A stretch of 56,328 nt of DNA, taken from a virus (taxonomy: Duplodnaviria; Caudoviricetes). The stretch lies in IMG/VR virus record IMGVR_UViG_3300008448_000099, positions 1 to 56,328 of that record; one strand, written 5' to 3'. The translations under genes and the position numbers were made by a program. Positions 54,072-56,328 of this stretch are shown in pieces. How positions within the stretch are numbered: position 1 is the first letter of the stretch; every line of letters begins with the position of its first letter. Under the pieces are notes generated by a model that was given only the letters and a program-made list of their open reading frames with translations, did not search any database and was not told where the DNA came from.

Positions 54072-54541
54072 TGGCACAGGCCGGCTATACCCCAATTTCG
54101 CTATACCACAGCACTACTGCGACCACGGTACCTAGTGCATCGAACCTGACCGCAGGTGAGTTGGCATTGAATATCGCTGATAACGATATGTCGATGTACA
54201 CGGAAAACGCATCAGGAACGGTGAAGTTGTTCTTTAACAACCCCGCAGCTTTAAAGTATCCAACGGCTGATGGAACAAGCGGTCAGACGATCGTAACAAA
54301 CGGATCGGCAACCTTGAGTTTTGGAACATTAGGTGTCGGTGGCGGCGGAACGGGTCAGACATCCCTGACGCTAAACAATGTAATTCTTGGAAACGGAACC
54401 TCTGCGGTGCAGTTTGTGGCTCCGGGAGCAAGTGGAAATGTCTTAACTAGCGATGGAACAACTTGGACGTCTTCAACCCCCGCGGCAACCGGAGCGTCTA
54501 AAGGTCAGGCTATCGCATTCGCGCTAATTTTCGGGCTATAA
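54071..54541 (+). CDS. Tail fibre-associated protein
   Basis: 'P....L..GELALN..D' and 'GGTGQTSL..N.V.LGNG' fibre motifs. Confidence 0.65.
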   Translation: MAQAGYTPISLYHSTTATTVPSASNLTAGELALNIADNDMSMYTENASGTVKLFFNNPAALKYPTADGTSGQTIVTNGSATLSFGTLGVGGGGTGQTSLTLNNVILGNGTSAVQFVAPGASGNVLTSDGTTWTSSTPAATGASKGQAIAFALIFGL

Positions 54542-54551
54542 GGAGTAAACC

Positions 54552-54929
54552 GTGGCAAACCCAAATATTGTTAACGTCGCCGGTATTTACGGCAACAATT
54601 CAAGTACTTCATTAACGACTACTAACGCTACATCAATCGTTAGTAACGCGGCAGCGAGCGGCAAGGTATTCAAGATCAACATGATTACCGTGGCTAACGT
54701 CGATGGAACAAACGCCGCTGATATCACAATCAGCAAATATAGCGCCGCAGCTCTTGGCGGTACGGCATTTCCGATTGTGTCAACGGTATCGGTTCCTGCC
54801 GATGCTACGCTGATCGTTATGGACAAGACCACGGCTCTGTACCTAAAAGAGGACGAGTCGATTGGTGCGACCGCTGGTACGGCAAGCGACCTTGTGGTGA
54901 CAGCAAGCTGGGAAGAAATCAACGCCTAA
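54552..54929 (+). CDS. Small beta-rich tail-tip/fibre adaptor protein
   Basis: AAGGAG RBS and GTG start. 'MANPNIVNV...SWEEI'. Confidence 0.6.
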   Translation: MANPNIVNVAGIYGNNSSTSLTTTNATSIVSNAAASGKVFKINMITVANVDGTNAADITISKYSAAALGGTAFPIVSTVSVPADATLIVMDKTTALYLKEDESIGATAGTASDLVVTASWEEINA

Positions 54930-54938
54930 GGATTTCCC

Positions 54939-56328
54939 ATGAGTTTCCGTAACGCAAAGGGCGGGTACATCCGTCTAGGATATGACCCGTTAGAGGTAGC
55001 AAATCCTCCGACAGGAGCTGGCGCATCCGCTGGCAATCAGTCTGCATCGGTATCGTTTACTGCTCCTAGCAACACTGGTGGATCAGCAATCACTAATTAC
55101 TATGCAGTGTCTAATCCTGGCCAGATTACAGCATCAAGCGTTACATCGCCTATTTCGGTCTCAGGGCTGACTAACGGTACGGAATACACATTTAAGGTCT
55201 GGGGAGAGAACTCCTACGGGCCTAGCGCTTATAGTGCGCCGACAGGAGCGGTTACTCCAACACCACCTTATATTGAAGATGTGTTTAGCACCTACCTTTA
55301 TACGGGTAACAACTCTACACAGACCATAACTAACGGAATAGACCTTGCTGGTGAAGGTGGGCTGGTTTGGACAAAAGTTAGAAGTACAACAGACGATCAT
55401 GAATTAATAGACACGGTTAGGGGGAGAGCATTTTCGGTTGAATCTAATACAACAGACGCGCAATCCACTTCTTCTGTTGGAACATCTCTAACTCAATTTA
55501 ATTCCAACGGATATTCTCTTGGAACAAATGGAAGTGCAAACGTAAACGAAAATGCACAAACTTTTGTCTCTTGGACATTTCGCCAAGCAGAGAAGTTCTT
55601 TGATGTAGTTACTTGGACAGGAAACAATGCGTCAGAAAGAGCAATTTCACACAATCTTGGCAGTGTTCCCGGATGCATTATTGTAAAAGCCTATACAGGA
55701 TCTTTTGCTAATCTTACAAATTGGATTGTTTATCATAGAAGCGCAGGAACATCTAGTGGCTATCCACAATATTTAAAACTAAATTCAACAGACGCTGCAA
55801 CACCTAGCACTACTGTTTGGGGTTCTACTGCGTTTACATCTACCAATTTTTACATTGGCGCAGACGATGAAATAAACAATTCAAATAAAACCTACGTCGC
55901 CTACCTATTCGCTCACGACGCTGGTGGGTTTGGGAATTCTGGTAGCGACAATGTAATTTCTTGTGGGTCGTTTACGACTGACGGGTCTGGAAACGCAACA
56001 GTAAGCCTTGGATACGAGCCTCAGTGGGTGATGTACAAAAAAACAACTGCCGCTGGTAGTTGGACAATGATTGATGTAATGAGGGGTATGTCATTTACTA
56101 CATCAGAATATCTTTTTGCTAACCTGTCTGACGCCGCTTTTTCTGGAACAACACGAATCACCCCAGTGCCTAATGGATTTAACATAGTTAACGGGATAGA
56201 GGCGTCATCATCCACCTACATCTACATCGCCATTCGCCGTGGCCCGATGAAGACTCCTACGACTGGGACGAGCGTGTTTGAGCCACTTGCAAGAAGCGGT
56301 ACTGGTGCAGCAGCAACGGTCACAACCA
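54939..56328 (+). CDS. N-terminal part of an FN3-containing tail fibre/receptor-binding protein (~753 aa on the circle; missing from ORF track)
   Basis: AAGGA RBS and ATG 54939. The frame is open to the window end (MSFRNAKGGYIRLGYDP...FN3...YIEDVFSTYLYTGN...) and continues into 1..986. Confidence 0.85.
   Translation, partial: MSFRNAKGGYIRLGYDPLEVANPPTGAGASAGNQSASVSFTAPSNTGGSAITNYYAVSNPGQITASSVTSPISVSGLTNGTEYTFKVWGENSYGPSAYSAPTGAVTPTPPYIEDVFSTYLYTGNNSTQTITNGIDLAGEGGLVWTKVRSTTDDHELIDTVRGRAFSVESNTTDAQSTSSVGTSLTQFNSNGYSLGTNGSANVNENAQTFVSWTFRQAEKFFDVVTWTGNNASERAISHNLGSVPGCIIVKAYTGSFANLTNWIVYHRSAGTSSGYPQYLKLNSTDAATPSTTVWGSTAFTSTNFYIGADDEINNSNKTYVAYLFAHDAGGFGNSGSDNVISCGSFTTDGSGNATVSLGYEPQWVMYKKTTAAGSWTMIDVMRGMSFTTSEYLFANLSDAAFSGTTRITPVPNGFNIVNGIEASSSTYIYIAIRRGPMKTPTTGTSVFEPLARSGTGAAATVTT
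56215..56328. repeat. Terminal direct repeat, copy 2
   Basis: Identical to 1-114. Confidence 0.97.

Overview
The window is very likely a complete, circularly assembled genome of a tailed dsDNA phage. It is about 56.2 kb: bases 1-114 are repeated exactly at 56215-56328. The architecture is podovirus-like, with no tape measure, tail tube or sheath recognised and several large putative ejection proteins ending in a lytic transglycosylase. Going round the circle: (1) terminase small and large subunits; (2) a 1508-aa modular protein; (3) portal, a GroES-like protein, scaffold, major capsid and head/neck genes; (4) tail fibres, including one gene that spans the sequence junction, plus beta-propeller repeat proteins and a glycosyltransferase; (5) a lysis cassette; (6) tail adaptor/nozzle and ejection proteins; (7) a short leftward operon with a PD-(D/E)XK nuclease and an SSB-like protein; (8) divergent sigma70 promoters, then Cro-like, DUF1376 initiator, DnaB-like helicase, RusA, Rap1a-like and C5 methyltransferase genes; (9) an early-type small-gene cluster. 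I found no integrase, CI repressor, reverse transcriptase, CRISPR array or canonical tRNA. The most notable signals are: about 25 copies of a [hydrophobic/K]-[K/A/Q/R]-x-G-G peptide motif across at least 6 virion-region proteins, which delimit modules of a polyprotein-like cargo, together with a tape-measure-type 'GPG..SDSIPA.L..GEFV' domain (candidate cargo targeting/processing system); an unannotated 26-aa cationic amphipathic peptide in the position where spanins would be expected; a structured ncRNA cluster (ACCA-ended helices plus a pseudoknot); origin-like ACCGAWTCGG palindromes dispersed to terS and the post-portal region; and a nested alternative-frame gene inside the methyltransferase. 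All functional calls come from motif recognition by eye. No database searches were run.
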